Assembly (NCBI GenBank): GCA_015060245.1 | Contig: SUYU01000013.1 | Coordinates: forward strand, 6,538 to 70,537 | DNA: 64,000 nucleotides | Reading direction: 5' to 3' | From: Bacteroidales bacterium | GTDB taxonomy: Bacteria > Bacteroidota > Bacteroidia > Bacteroidales > UBA932 | Shown: positions 19,642-30,176 of the stretch, piece by piece | How the letters are laid out: each line of letters begins with the position of its first letter | Numbering within the stretch: the stretch's first letter is position 1 | The notes under the pieces: generated by a model | Database searches by the model: none | What the model saw: only the letters and a program-made list of their open reading frames with translations | What the model was told of the DNA's origin: nothing | Position numbers and translations under genes: made by a program

Positions 19642-20775
19642 ATGGAAAAGTTGAATGTAATTATAAGCGGAGGAGGTACAGGAGGTCATATATTTCCTGC
19701 CATTTCAATTGCCAACGGTATAAAGGAGATCAATCCAAAGGCAAATATCCTGTTTGTGGGAGCAACCGGAAGAATGGAGATGGAGAAGGTTCCTGCTGCC
19801 GGCTATGAAATAATAGGAATTCCTGCACAGGGACTCAGAAGGCCGTTGTACCACCCTTACAACATAAAGGTGGCATTTGACTATTTCCGTTGCAAGATTA
19901 AGGCCAGGAAAATCATTAAAGATTTCAAGCCCAATATTGTTGTTGGAGTAGGCGGATATGCCAGCGCCCCTATCGTTGGAGTTGCGGCAAAAAGCAAGAT
20001 ACCTACACTGCTTCAGGAGCAGAATTCGTTTGCCGGCATAGTGAACAGGACCAACGGCAAACATGCTGACAAAATCTGCGTTGCCTACGACGGAATGGAG
20101 CGCTTCTTCCCTAAAGAGAAGATAATGATTACCGGCAACCCCATAAGAAAAGATATTGTAAAGAGCACACCGCAAATGAGGGAAGAGGCCTACAGGTTCT
20201 ACAACCTTGACCCCAAAAAGAAGACAATTTTTGTTGTGGGCGGAAGTCTTGGATGCAGGACACTCAACGACTGCATGAAGGATGAGATAAGCAAAGGCAA
20301 ACTCTTTGCATCTGATGTGGAGGGAAGTTGTCAGGTAATATGGCAGTGTGGTAAGATATACAAGGATGAAGTTGACGCATTTATGGAGAACCACAAAGGG
20401 GTAAATGTGTTCCACACCCATTTTATCCAGAGGATGGATCTTGCATATGCCGCTGCAGATATAGTAATAAGCAGGGCGGGCGCAGGAACCATATCTGAAC
20501 TTTGTGTTGCCGGCAAGTGTACAATATTTGTTCCGTCGCCAAATGTGTCGGAAGACCACCAGACCCACAATGCAATGGCTCTTGTACACAAGTATGCAGC
20601 CATGATGGTAAGGGATGACGCAGCGGGGAAGGAACTCTTTCCATGTGTGGACAAACTTCTGAAGAACCCTGCAAAGATTCAGGAGATGGAGAGGAATATC
20701 CTTGCTCTTGGCAAGAAAGATGCGGCTGCGGTAATTGCAAGGGAGTGCATCATATTGTCGGGAATAAAGAAATGA
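19642..20775 (+). CDS. murG: UDP-N-acetylglucosamine--N-acetylmuramyl-(pentapeptide) pyrophosphoryl-undecaprenol GlcNAc transferase
   Basis: GGGTGGHIFPA motif. The ATG at 19642 (MEKLNV) is preferred over the TTG at 19636. Confidence 0.95.
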   Translation: MEKLNVIISGGGTGGHIFPAISIANGIKEINPKANILFVGATGRMEMEKVPAAGYEIIGIPAQGLRRPLYHPYNIKVAFDYFRCKIKARKIIKDFKPNIVVGVGGYASAPIVGVAAKSKIPTLLQEQNSFAGIVNRTNGKHADKICVAYDGMERFFPKEKIMITGNPIRKDIVKSTPQMREEAYRFYNLDPKKKTIFVVGGSLGCRTLNDCMKDEISKGKLFASDVEGSCQVIWQCGKIYKDEVDAFMENHKGVNVFHTHFIQRMDLAYAAADIVISRAGAGTISELCVAGKCTIFVPSPNVSEDHQTHNAMALVHKYAAMMVRDDAAGKELFPCVDKLLKNPAKIQEMERNILALGKKDAAAVIARECIILSGIKK

Positions 20776-20782
20776 CAGAGGT

Positions 20783-22174
20783 ATGAAGAATGTATATTTC
20801 ATAGGTATTGGCGGTATTGGCATGAGCGCTGTAGCAAGGTTCTACAACCATGCCGGATACAATGTGAGCGGTTATGACAAGACCCCCTCAAAACTTACAG
20901 CAAAACTTGAGGAGGAGGGCATTGCCATACATTATACCGACGACGCTTCATATATCCCTGCAGATGTGGAGCAGACGCTTGTAATATACACTCCCGCCAT
21001 TCCTGCAGATATGGGAGAACTTGTTTATGCCCGACAAAAAGGGTACAGGCTCGTAAAGCGTTCAAGGGCTTTGGGCGAGATTGCCTCAACACAGTGCTGC
21101 CTTGCCATTGCAGGAACACATGGCAAAACTACCACAAGCACTATGCTTGCACACATATACACCCATGCAGGAGTGGGTTGCAACGCATTTTTGGGTGGTA
21201 TCTCAAAGAACTACCATACCAACCTGCTTTTGAGCAGAAACCCTGTTATTGTAGCGGAGGCCGATGAGTTTGACAGGTCGTTTCTCCAACTCTATCCGGA
21301 GATTGCTGCCATAACATCAACAGATGCCGACCATCTTGACATATACGGCAACCTTGAAACCATTCAAGGCGCATTTGCAGAGTTTGCCGGCCAGATCAAA
21401 GAGAACGGATACCTTGTTGCAAAGAGGGGAATATCGCTTGATACAAGCGGAGTTAAGGCAAAAATATTTACCTACTCATTCAAGGAGCAGGCAGACTTCT
21501 GTCCGGAGAATGTAGAGATACTTGAAGGTGGTCATTTCAAATTTGATTTGCGCTATCCAAAACATACCATATATGGAAATGGAGCGGAAAGGGAGGCCGG
21601 AAAGATTGAAAACTGCATTATGGGTGTACCGGGCTGGGTAAATGCCGAAAATGCCATTGCAGCCTCGGCTGTTGCCCTTCTGGGAGGAATTGAACCGGAG
21701 AAGATACGTCAGGCACTTGCTGCCTTCGAAGGTGCCGAAAGAAGGCTTGACATTCATGTGAACGGTGCAAAGGCGGCCTACATTGATGATTACGCCCACC
21801 ATCCGAAGGAACTTGCCTCTGCAATAGGTTCAATAAGGAACATGTTTCCGGGCAGAAGGATATGCGGCATATTCCAACCGCATCTGTACACCAGGACCAG
21901 GGATTTTGCGCCAGAATTCGCAGAGAGCCTGAGCATGCTTGACGAGTTGCTCCTTCTGGACATATACCCTGCTAGGGAACTACCGATTGAAGGTGTTGAC
22001 TCCTCAATCATCTTTGAAAAGGTAACAATAGAGAAAAAGCAACAGATTGCCAAAGAGGATCTGTTGGAAAAACTTGAGAATATGGATATTGATATTCTGG
22101 TAACTTTTGGTGCCGGAGATATCGACAGACTTATTCCTGCAATAACAGAACTTGTAAAAGGGAGAAACAGATAA
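20783..22174 (+). CDS. murC: UDP-N-acetylmuramate--L-alanine ligase
   Basis: GIGGIGMSA and GTHGKTTT motifs. Confidence 0.95.
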   Translation: MKNVYFIGIGGIGMSAVARFYNHAGYNVSGYDKTPSKLTAKLEEEGIAIHYTDDASYIPADVEQTLVIYTPAIPADMGELVYARQKGYRLVKRSRALGEIASTQCCLAIAGTHGKTTTSTMLAHIYTHAGVGCNAFLGGISKNYHTNLLLSRNPVIVAEADEFDRSFLQLYPEIAAITSTDADHLDIYGNLETIQGAFAEFAGQIKENGYLVAKRGISLDTSGVKAKIFTYSFKEQADFCPENVEILEGGHFKFDLRYPKHTIYGNGAEREAGKIENCIMGVPGWVNAENAIAASAVALLGGIEPEKIRQALAAFEGAERRLDIHVNGAKAAYIDDYAHHPKELASAIGSIRNMFPGRRICGIFQPHLYTRTRDFAPEFAESLSMLDELLLLDIYPARELPIEGVDSSIIFEKVTIEKKQQIAKEDLLEKLENMDIDILVTFGAGDIDRLIPAITELVKGRNR

Positions 22175-22175
22175 T

Positions 22176-22976
22176 ATGTTCAAGAAGATTCTCATATATT
22201 TGGGCTGGAGCCTCCTTGCACTTATGGCAGGTGCATACTTCTTCTATGCAGAGATGCTTACAAGGCAGAACCGCAGCAGCGAGGTGTGCAAAGGCATAAA
22301 GGTGACCCTCCTTGACAGCGCAGAAAACAAGTTCGTTGCCAAGTCTGAAGTAATTGACATCATAGAGGAGTTTACCGGAACCGTGATTGGCAAACGCAGG
22401 GATGAAATAAACCTTGCAAACATAGAGAAACTGCTTGAAAAGAGGAGCGCCATCAAGGCTTCACAGGTAAGTTTGGGCATCGACGGCATAATGAAGGTAG
22501 ACATTACCCAACGCCGCCCGCTGCTGAGGATTGAGACAGCAAACGGAGGATTCTACATTGACGAAACCGCCTATATCTTTCCGCTTGTTGACGCATTTAC
22601 CTCATACGTGCCTATAGTGTCGGGCAATATTCCCCTCAACATTGAGAAGGAGCACAGAGGAGAGATTCTTGACGACCCCGAAGGTTGGACAGACAAGATA
22701 ATGGAACTTGGAATATTCCTCACCGAAAACCCGTTCTGGGATGCCATGGTGGAGCACATATACATAAGTTCCAACGGAGATGTCCTGCTCTCCCCAAAAG
22801 TGGGAAATTTTGAGATAAACATTGGAGACCTCAACAACCTCGACTCCAAATTCAGCAGACTGCTGGCCTTTTACAAGAACATTGCACCGCATGAGGGGTG
22901 GGAAAAGTACAAGGCAGTGAACCTCAAATATAAAAACCAGATAATTTGCACATTGAACAAAAACAAGAAAAAATAG
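22176..22976 (+). CDS. ftsQ: cell division protein FtsQ
   Basis: N-terminal TM helix followed by a POTRA-like region, positioned between murC and ftsA. Confidence 0.8.
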   Translation: MFKKILIYLGWSLLALMAGAYFFYAEMLTRQNRSSEVCKGIKVTLLDSAENKFVAKSEVIDIIEEFTGTVIGKRRDEINLANIEKLLEKRSAIKASQVSLGIDGIMKVDITQRRPLLRIETANGGFYIDETAYIFPLVDAFTSYVPIVSGNIPLNIEKEHRGEILDDPEGWTDKIMELGIFLTENPFWDAMVEHIYISSNGDVLLSPKVGNFEINIGDLNNLDSKFSRLLAFYKNIAPHEGWEKYKAVNLKYKNQIICTLNKNKKK

Positions 22977-22988
22977 ATATATACAGCC

Positions 22989-24350
22989 ATGAGACACCTG
23001 ATTGCAGCCATTGACTTGGGAACTACAAAGGTAGTTTGCCTTGTTGGAGAGAAGACTCCAAACGGAATAAAAATTATAGGTTACAGCCAAGCACCTTCAA
23101 AGGGAGTACTGAGGGGTGAGGTAATTAATATCCAGCACGTACTTGATTCTATGGAACCCGTTGTAAAGGAGGTTGAGAATGCTATAGGATACCGCATAAA
23201 TGAGGTATTTGTAGGTATTGCCGGACAACATATCCGTTGCACATCAATGGCACATCAGGCTACACGCAAAGAGCCGGAGGAACTCATTACCCAGGAGGAG
23301 ATTGATACCATAACCCAAAACATGTACGGCACATTTGTACAGAATGGCGAGAAGGTTCTCCACGTAATCCCACAATCATACAACATTGATGATTATATGG
23401 GCATTACAGAGCCTGTAGGAATGATTGGCCAACAGATCAATGCAAACTTCAAACTCTTCATCGGCAAAAACAACTCTGCACAGTTCAGCAACAACGTGAT
23501 CAACCGTGCCGGCCTCAAATTGCGTGAACTTGTCCTTGAGCCACTTGCCTCTGCCAAAGCGGTACTTACAGAGGAGGAGTGCGAGGTTGGTGTTGCAATG
23601 CTTGACATTGGAGGCGGCACATCAGACCTTCTCATCATCCAGGACGGCATCATAAGGCACGCTGCAGTAATTCCTTTTGGCGGCAACTCAATAACAGAAG
23701 ATATACGTATGGGCTGTGGCGTCTCTTCAAAACATGCCGAGCAACTGAAGATTCAGCACGGATACTGCATAAGTGCAAATGCTCCCAAAAAGAGCATAGT
23801 AATACCCGGCATTGGCGGCAGAGAGGGCAGGGAGATCTCATTCGGGGTACTTGCAGGCATAATTGAGGCAAGAATGGCTGAGATCTTTGAGGCTGTAGAT
23901 TATGAAATCGAGAGATCCGGATTCAAGAACCAGTTGCAGGCAGGTATTGTAATCACAGGCGGCACATCAAGAATGTTGAGCATCTGCGAACTCGCAAGCC
24001 TTGTTACAGGCCTTGAATCAAGAGTGGCATACCCCGATGAAAACATCTCATCAGAATCATTGAGCGATGTATTTGCACCGGCAGCCTCAACAGCCGTAGG
24101 TCTGATACTTACAGGATTTGAGAAGATGGCACGCGAAAAGACCATCTACAACACTGCCACTCCAATAAATTATGAGATATTCGGTGACCAGGAGGATAAG
24201 AAAGAGGAAGAGGTTACCGTTGAAGAGAGTGCAACTGCTGAAACTGTCAAGGCCCAGGAGGCTCCTGCAAAGGCAAAGGTATCATTCTGGAACAAGTTGA
24301 AAGGCTCTTTCAGTACAGACAAGATGTTTAACCAAGATAATGAGGCATAG
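22989..24350 (+). CDS. ftsA: cell division protein FtsA
   Basis: Actin-like ATPase sequence (IAAIDLGTTKV, DIGGGTSD). Confidence 0.95.
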   Translation: MRHLIAAIDLGTTKVVCLVGEKTPNGIKIIGYSQAPSKGVLRGEVINIQHVLDSMEPVVKEVENAIGYRINEVFVGIAGQHIRCTSMAHQATRKEPEELITQEEIDTITQNMYGTFVQNGEKVLHVIPQSYNIDDYMGITEPVGMIGQQINANFKLFIGKNNSAQFSNNVINRAGLKLRELVLEPLASAKAVLTEEECEVGVAMLDIGGGTSDLLIIQDGIIRHAAVIPFGGNSITEDIRMGCGVSSKHAEQLKIQHGYCISANAPKKSIVIPGIGGREGREISFGVLAGIIEARMAEIFEAVDYEIERSGFKNQLQAGIVITGGTSRMLSICELASLVTGLESRVAYPDENISSESLSDVFAPAASTAVGLILTGFEKMAREKTIYNTATPINYEIFGDQEDKKEEEVTVEESATAETVKAQEAPAKAKVSFWNKLKGSFSTDKMFNQDNEA

Positions 24351-24352
24351 TT

Positions 24353-25774
24353 ATGGAGATTCCGTTCAATGACATATTCATCCCCGAGAACCTGGGGACA
24401 AGCAAATCCATCATCAAGGTAATTGGTGTTGGCGGTGGCGGCTGCAATGCAGTGAGCGAGATGCACAGGCAGAAAATCCAGGATGTGGAGTTTCTCATAA
24501 CCAATACCGACCGGCAGTCTCTTGAGACCAGTTCGGTTCCCGACAAAATCCGTCTTGGCAACAAGGGTCTTGGCGCAGGCTGCAACCCCGAAGAGGGACG
24601 CCGTGCTGCCGCAGAGAGCCTTGAAAAGATAAAGAAAGCCCTTTCTGACGCAACAGAGATGGTATTCATTACAGCAGGAATGGGTGGCGGTACAGGAACA
24701 GGTGCTGCTCCGGTAATTGCCCAAATAGCCAAAGAGATGGGCAAACTTACCATTGGAGTTGTAACAATTCCTTTCCGTGATGAGGGAAAATCATTCATGA
24801 AAAGGGCAATCCTCGGTATAAAGGAACTCCAGAAATATGTAGACAGCCTTCTGATTATCGACAACCAGAAGATATATGAGATATTTGGCGAACTTACCCT
24901 CCGCGAGGGTCTTCATAAGGCCGACGAAGTATTGAGCACAGCAGTGAAGGGTATAGCGGAAATCATTACCCGTACAGGTTTCATGAACGTTGACTTTGCA
25001 GATGTGAAAATGGTAATGCAGAACAGCGGAATGGCCATAATGGGTACCGGAACCGCTTCCGGCCCCGACAGAGCCGCAAAAGCCGTTGAAATGGCCTTTG
25101 AATCGCCCCTGTTGAACGATTGCGACTTGAGTACAGCCAAAGGAGTGCTTGTAAATATAACCACAACCATAGACACTGATCCTGACTGTATCAAAATGTC
25201 TGAGATGAAACAGATTATGGAGTATGTGAACAACTACACCGGCAATGCCGATGCCTTCAAACGTGGTGTTGTTTATGATCCGGAGATGGGCGACAAGATA
25301 AGCGTTACCATTGTTGCAACAGGCTTCCATGTGAACAACCTTCCCCAAATAGATTTTGAAGAGCAGATTGACCCCGACAGAATCATGCTTGGAGACAGCG
25401 GCCTTTACGGTTCGGGATATGTACCTGAAAAGACTTCAAAAATTGAGATAGACGGCATTCAGCAGCAATACTCATACGGCACAACACAAGAGCCCCAGGA
25501 TGCCGGCCAGGAGAGCAAAGAGGAGCAGGTTGTACAAGTTCCGCAACAGACATATACAAAATGTGTGGGCAAACCGGCACTTATTCTTGAGCCTGGAGAC
25601 GACATAGTAAAACTTGAGACAGTGCCTGCATACCTCCGCCGCAACCGCAATCTTCAGGAGCAGATTGCAGTGCAGACCCAACCCCAGCAGCAGGCCGGGT
25701 CAATGAAGGTGGAGACAATTGACGGCCAGCACCATTTGAGCAATAACAGTTATCTGCACCAGACACAGGACTGA
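24353..25774 (+). CDS. ftsZ: cell division protein FtsZ, with a long Q/P-rich C-terminal linker
   Basis: Tubulin signature GGGTGTGAAPVIA. Confidence 0.97.
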   Translation: MEIPFNDIFIPENLGTSKSIIKVIGVGGGGCNAVSEMHRQKIQDVEFLITNTDRQSLETSSVPDKIRLGNKGLGAGCNPEEGRRAAAESLEKIKKALSDATEMVFITAGMGGGTGTGAAPVIAQIAKEMGKLTIGVVTIPFRDEGKSFMKRAILGIKELQKYVDSLLIIDNQKIYEIFGELTLREGLHKADEVLSTAVKGIAEIITRTGFMNVDFADVKMVMQNSGMAIMGTGTASGPDRAAKAVEMAFESPLLNDCDLSTAKGVLVNITTTIDTDPDCIKMSEMKQIMEYVNNYTGNADAFKRGVVYDPEMGDKISVTIVATGFHVNNLPQIDFEEQIDPDRIMLGDSGLYGSGYVPEKTSKIEIDGIQQQYSYGTTQEPQDAGQESKEEQVVQVPQQTYTKCVGKPALILEPGDDIVKLETVPAYLRRNRNLQEQIAVQTQPQQQAGSMKVETIDGQHHLSNNSYLHQTQD

Positions 25775-25827
25775 TGGAGCAGAAGAGCAACAGATTATAT
25801 AACGCAAACAGATAAAACCATTATATT

Positions 25828-27441
25828 ATGACAGAGAGAAAAAGACGCGTAAGATTTGCGCCAAGTCCAACAGGACCTCTTCACATGGGTGGAGTAAGGA
25901 CAGCCCTATACAATTACCTCTACGCAAAACAGGCCGGAGGAGATTTTATCTTGAGAATTGAGGATACAGACTCCCAGCGCTTTGTTCCGGGAGCGGAGAA
26001 ATATATAATTGAATCATTGAAATGGTGCGGAATCTATCCCGACGAGGGAGTTGATGCAGAGGGCAATGTAATTGAAACACCTTCTGAGAGGCATCCGCAT
26101 GCACCATACCGCCAGTCACAGCGAAAACCTATCTACAGGGCATATGCAGAGCAACTTATTGAGAACGGATATGCCTACTACGCATTTGACTCGGCTGAGG
26201 AACTTGATGCTAAACGCAAGGAGGCAGAGGCGAACAAGAGCACATTTACCTACAACTACATTACCCGAATGGAGTTGAAGAACTCGCTTACTTTGCCTGC
26301 AGAGGAGGTTGAGAACTTGCTCAAGACCACAAACAACTGGACAGTACGTTTCAAGAACCCTGAAAACAGGGTTGTAGAGATGGATGACCTTATCCGCGGC
26401 CACATTGAGATAAACACAAATACACTTGATGACAAAGTGTTGTGGAAAGCGGCAGACCAGTTGCCTACCTATCACCTTGCCAATATTGTAGATGACCATC
26501 TTATGGAGATTACAGAGGTTATACGCGGCGAAGAGTGGCTGCCTTCTCTCCCACTCCACTACCTTCTTTATGAAGCATTCGGATGGCAGGAGTCGCAGCC
26601 CCGTTTTGCCCACCTTTCTCTTCTTCTCAAACCCGACGGAAAGGGCAAATTGAGCAAACGCGACGGTGACCGCCTCGGATTCCCTGTATTCCCGCTAAAA
26701 TGGGTCAATGCCGAGGGTGAGGTATCGCGCGGATACAGAGAAGACGGCTACTATCCGGAAGCCTTTGTAAACATGCTTGCACTACTTGGCTGGAACCCGG
26801 GCACAGAGCAGGAACTCTTCACTTTGGATGAACTTATAGAGGTATTCTCACTTGAAAGGGTAATCAAATCGGGAGCCCGTTTCAACCCGGATAAAGCAAA
26901 ATGGTTCAATCAGGAGTATTTGAGAAAACAGACCAACAGCCAGTTGGCAGAGCAGTTCTCCACTATTCTTGAGGAAAAAGGCATAACAGTAGAGAGCAAT
27001 GAAAAAGGAATAAGGGCCGATTTTGAGGGTAAAAACTTCTCTTTTGGCTATGTGGAGTCACTCTGTGGCCTGATTAAAGAGAGAGCCCACTTTGTGGCTG
27101 ACTTCTGGGACATCTGCAGTTATTTCTTCATTGCACCTGCAAGTTACGCAGAAAAAGATGTCAAGAAGTTCTGGAATGCAGAGACCAAAGCCATTATTGA
27201 AAAGATGTACTCGCACATTGAGGCAATGGATCCTCAAATGCAGGTACCTCAGATTGAAGAGTACCTTACAGGTTATGTAAAGGAGAATGAATGGAAGATG
27301 GGAGCAGTCATGAATACATTGCGTCTCTTCTTTGTAGGCGAGGCAAAAGGCCTCGGCATTGCCGACATAGTTTACCTGATTGGCCAGAAAGAGACTCTCG
27401 GCCGTATCTCTGCAGCAATAGAGGCTCTTCCTGTAGAATAA
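25828..27441 (+). CDS. gltX: glutamate--tRNA ligase
   Basis: HIGH-type motif PTGPLHMGGVRTA and KMSKS-type motif KLSKR. Confidence 0.95.
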   Translation: MTERKRRVRFAPSPTGPLHMGGVRTALYNYLYAKQAGGDFILRIEDTDSQRFVPGAEKYIIESLKWCGIYPDEGVDAEGNVIETPSERHPHAPYRQSQRKPIYRAYAEQLIENGYAYYAFDSAEELDAKRKEAEANKSTFTYNYITRMELKNSLTLPAEEVENLLKTTNNWTVRFKNPENRVVEMDDLIRGHIEINTNTLDDKVLWKAADQLPTYHLANIVDDHLMEITEVIRGEEWLPSLPLHYLLYEAFGWQESQPRFAHLSLLLKPDGKGKLSKRDGDRLGFPVFPLKWVNAEGEVSRGYREDGYYPEAFVNMLALLGWNPGTEQELFTLDELIEVFSLERVIKSGARFNPDKAKWFNQEYLRKQTNSQLAEQFSTILEEKGITVESNEKGIRADFEGKNFSFGYVESLCGLIKERAHFVADFWDICSYFFIAPASYAEKDVKKFWNAETKAIIEKMYSHIEAMDPQMQVPQIEEYLTGYVKENEWKMGAVMNTLRLFFVGEAKGLGIADIVYLIGQKETLGRISAAIEALPVE

Positions 27442-27522
27442 CCGGGCAAGAGCACCGGCAACGGAAAAGGCATCTCCATAAATTGCGTGATACTGACCCA
27501 AAAGTCATCTATATAAATAGCG

Positions 27523-27554
27523 AATCCCTGTTAGAGTGTGTTCTAACAGGGATT
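27523..27554. terminator. hairpin between the convergent gltX and the accessory block (possibly a bidirectional terminator)
   Basis: 13-bp stem AATCCCTGTTAGA / TCTAACAGGGATT with a 6-nt loop, followed by a T-rich run on the plus strand. Confidence 0.6.
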
Positions 27555-27625
27555 TGCTGTTTGATAAAGAATCTTCCAAGTAATCCTCATGATTGTTTTG
27601 AAAAGATCTTATGGGTTACCCGCTA

Positions 27626-27735
27626 CTATTTTAGCGTTGCAACCACCAGCACCGGATTGCTCTCCTCTGTGAGAGTGGCGGCTATCTCTTTCATTTTTGG
27701 AGAATTGCTCTTTGTGGCATATTCAATGAATTTGT
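27626..27735 (-). repeat. shared 3'-end repeat, copy A
   Basis: Near-identical at nucleotide level to the copies at 31640, 32904 and 34614 (ctattttagcgttgcaaccac.agcaccggattgctctc...ggagaattgctctttgtggcatattcaat). Confidence 0.9.
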
Positions 27736-28834
27736 CAGCAGCAATAATCTGATACATCTTGTTGCCTATACAATGTTGTGGATCAAATGGAGCACCGCCA
27801 TCAATATCATTAACGAAACCATGAGCCTTGAATTCATAATTATAAGGCATCGTATATAACTCATTACTGACCTTATCCAGAATCATAACTCCTTTTTTAA
27901 ATTCAGAATCAGATCCTCTGCTATATATGCCCGACAATGAATATTTATTGCCCAATAAAGAAATACTAATAAAACTTGCGCACTCTTTTACACTATTGAA
28001 GTTTACATCAAACCTCAACCTGTCGCCACCATCCTTCGTAATGACATCCCTTTTATACTTTCCAAAATCAAATATATAATTGGACAATTCCTTAAAATCA
28101 GTACTGAAGAGAGTAAGCCTGTCACCCATACCATTAAACACCCTCAAAGCACCATTAAATGAATACACCAAATCCGGGCAGACGATATCCATATCTCCTA
28201 AAAATGCCCCCTTCATACAATAAGAACCCTCCTCTGACAATTCGTATGAAAAAACAACTTTTGACATAGTATCAACAACAAATACCTTCTGCAAATACTT
28301 AAGTTTATCCACCATTATTGCCGCTGTAAATGCATAGTTGCCTTTCTCCAAATATGCTCCATACCTTATTGTTGAGCCACCTTGAATATTAGGTCTAATT
28401 ACCCTAACATTGCTGTTTTCTACATAACATGAAAGAATCTTGAAATCATCAAAAAGACAAAAATCACTATTCAAGTCATGCTCTACCGAAAGTCCCTGAA
28501 TCGAAAGATACTCCTTTGGCCCACGACCTTTCCTATCAACAGTTCGTACATATTTACCTGAAGTGTCAAACACCAGTACGCTCTCCTCTTGAGTCTGTAC
28601 ATAATAATACTTTCCGTCAAAATCAAATCTTGGCACATATCCCATGACAGATTCCGGAGTAGTTTCCAAAGGTATATATTCTATTTCCTTGGCATACCTG
28701 CCCAATTTTACCTCTTTACAATTCTTTACCGCATTCTCAACAGAAAAATGCTTATTATCCACTCTGACACTACCCTCGGCAGTACCAGAACAGCAAATAA
28801 GAACAACAGACAACAATAAAAATACATTTCTCAT
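27626..28834 (-). CDS. paralog A: lipoprotein of the '6-bladed beta-propeller / BF3164-like' family
   Basis: Lipobox (MRNVFLLLSVVLICCSG; Met at 28834 preferred), family motifs EIEYIPLET, KGRGPKEY and NDIDGG, and the shared tail ...KFIEYATKSNSPKMKEIAATLTEESNPVLVVATLK. The family call comes from memory of annotated Bacteroidales proteins, not from a search. Confidence 0.7.
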   Translation of the reverse strand: MRNVFLLLSVVLICCSGTAEGSVRVDNKHFSVENAVKNCKEVKLGRYAKEIEYIPLETTPESVMGYVPRFDFDGKYYYVQTQEESVLVFDTSGKYVRTVDRKGRGPKEYLSIQGLSVEHDLNSDFCLFDDFKILSCYVENSNVRVIRPNIQGGSTIRYGAYLEKGNYAFTAAIMVDKLKYLQKVFVVDTMSKVVFSYELSEEGSYCMKGAFLGDMDIVCPDLVYSFNGALRVFNGMGDRLTLFSTDFKELSNYIFDFGKYKRDVITKDGGDRLRFDVNFNSVKECASFISISLLGNKYSLSGIYSRGSDSEFKKGVMILDKVSNELYTMPYNYEFKAHGFVNDIDGGAPFDPQHCIGNKMYQIIAADKFIEYATKSNSPKMKEIAATLTEESNPVLVVATLK

Positions 28835-28873
28835 AACAATACACTTTTCTACAGCAGGGAATATTTCTACCAC

Positions 28874-28945
28874 CTATTTTAGCGTTGCAACCACAAGCAC
28901 CGGATTGCTCTCCTCTGTGAGGGTGGAGGCGATCTCTTTAATCTG
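28874..28945 (-). repeat. shared 3'-end repeat, copy B (shorter)
   Basis: The first ~70 nt from the stop are near-identical to the other copies, then the sequence diverges. Confidence 0.85.
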
Positions 28946-30067
28946 CGGATTATCATACATTGATGCATATTCTACAAAATCAATTGCATCAACGAGCCAT
29001 ACACACTTTCCATCACTTGTAAACCACTGGGGGAAAAATGGCAATCCTCCATCAAGATCATTCTCAAATGCAACCATCCCTATTTGTGGAATATTTTTCA
29101 TTGCATATAATTGGGACTCTTTATTATCATACAATAAAAAACCTACAGACTTCACATTACCCCCACCACAAATAGTAGAGAAATAACTGTCTGGAAAAAT
29201 AAATGATAAAAGGAAAAAATTATCACAACCTCTTGCCCCTGCAAAAAACAACTTCTCGCGTGGATTTGAATTATGCCTCAAGTCCCCATATTTTCCAAAA
29301 TCTATATTATATGCAACAGACTTCTCTTCTCCGTTCAGTCTATAAATGGTTTCAAAATCCCCCTTTACCAAATGAACTGTCCCATCCATACCTTTATAGA
29401 GTTTTGAATTTGCAAGAGTGGTTCCCTCTTTACCCATCATCAACATTGGAGTTCTGTACAATTCTCCCACATTAATTACAGCCTCAACAGTTCCATTACC
29501 ATTGAGCAATACACAATGCTCAACCAAGTCTCTTGTAAGTGAATCCTGTTTTGATGTCAGAATAACATACCCATTCTGTGCCGGCATAAAATCATCTATG
29601 TACTTAACTCCAATATCCTTGACTTCCTGTAAGGATATATTGTCAATCAAATCCAATTCTTGGTCATACACCAGAATCTTTTCTCGGGTAAGTACTGAAG
29701 TATTTCCTAACTTTTCATCAAAAACTAAACTTTGAATAAAGAAATATTCGTTTAAGCCTCTTCCTCGAGTACCAATTTTTCCTTTAAACTCTCCTTTGTG
29801 ATTGAAACACCGGATTTCATCGCCATGTGATGCAAAATTATATTGGCCATTACCGCCTGAAAAAAGAAGCACATTACCCAAAAGAGACTCCTCATTCGTT
29901 TGCAGTGGTATATACTCTATAGAAGAGAAGTACTTGCTCATCTTCAAAGTTTGAGCCTCCCCAACCGCTTTCGCAAAATCAAGTTTTTTGACTTCCTGTT
30001 TATCATTTGCACAGCCAAATGCAAACAAGAACAATACAAATACTACATATTTTCTAAACATATACAT
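28874..30067 (-). CDS. paralog B: lipoprotein of the same propeller-like family
   Basis: Lipobox LFAFGC, SIEYIPLQT, RGRGLNEY, NDLDGG, and the same final 22 aa (KEIASTLTEESNPVLVVATLK). Confidence 0.7.
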   Translation of the reverse strand: MYMFRKYVVFVLFLFAFGCANDKQEVKKLDFAKAVGEAQTLKMSKYFSSIEYIPLQTNEESLLGNVLLFSGGNGQYNFASHGDEIRCFNHKGEFKGKIGTRGRGLNEYFFIQSLVFDEKLGNTSVLTREKILVYDQELDLIDNISLQEVKDIGVKYIDDFMPAQNGYVILTSKQDSLTRDLVEHCVLLNGNGTVEAVINVGELYRTPMLMMGKEGTTLANSKLYKGMDGTVHLVKGDFETIYRLNGEEKSVAYNIDFGKYGDLRHNSNPREKLFFAGARGCDNFFLLSFIFPDSYFSTICGGGNVKSVGFLLYDNKESQLYAMKNIPQIGMVAFENDLDGGLPFFPQWFTSDGKCVWLVDAIDFVEYASMYDNPQIKEIASTLTEESNPVLVVATLK

Positions 30068-30176
30068 ATCTTAATTAGTTGGTAAATCATCTTCGCCTAC
30101 CCATTGACATCTTTTACATGTATAATAAATTTGGGCTTAGCAATGAAAAGTGAAAACGGGCCAGGCACAGAAATGC

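Noticed and set aside
19705-20823. 372-aa ORF antisense to murG, plus similar long antisense ORFs at 12082-13035 (vs ftsI), 53051-53851 (vs truB), 50286-50885 (vs tatD) and 60943-61605
   Set aside because: In each case the opposite strand encodes a protein with clear family motifs. The antisense translations are low-complexity or Cys/His/Arg-rich with no motifs, which is typical of shadow ORFs.
27291-29186. Plus-strand ORFs 27291-27752 and 28644-29186 sharing the peptide YFSVATTSTGLLSSVRV.AIS
   Set aside because: The shared peptide is simply the reverse-frame reading of the conserved 3' repeat of the minus-strand lipoprotein genes. These are not independent genes.
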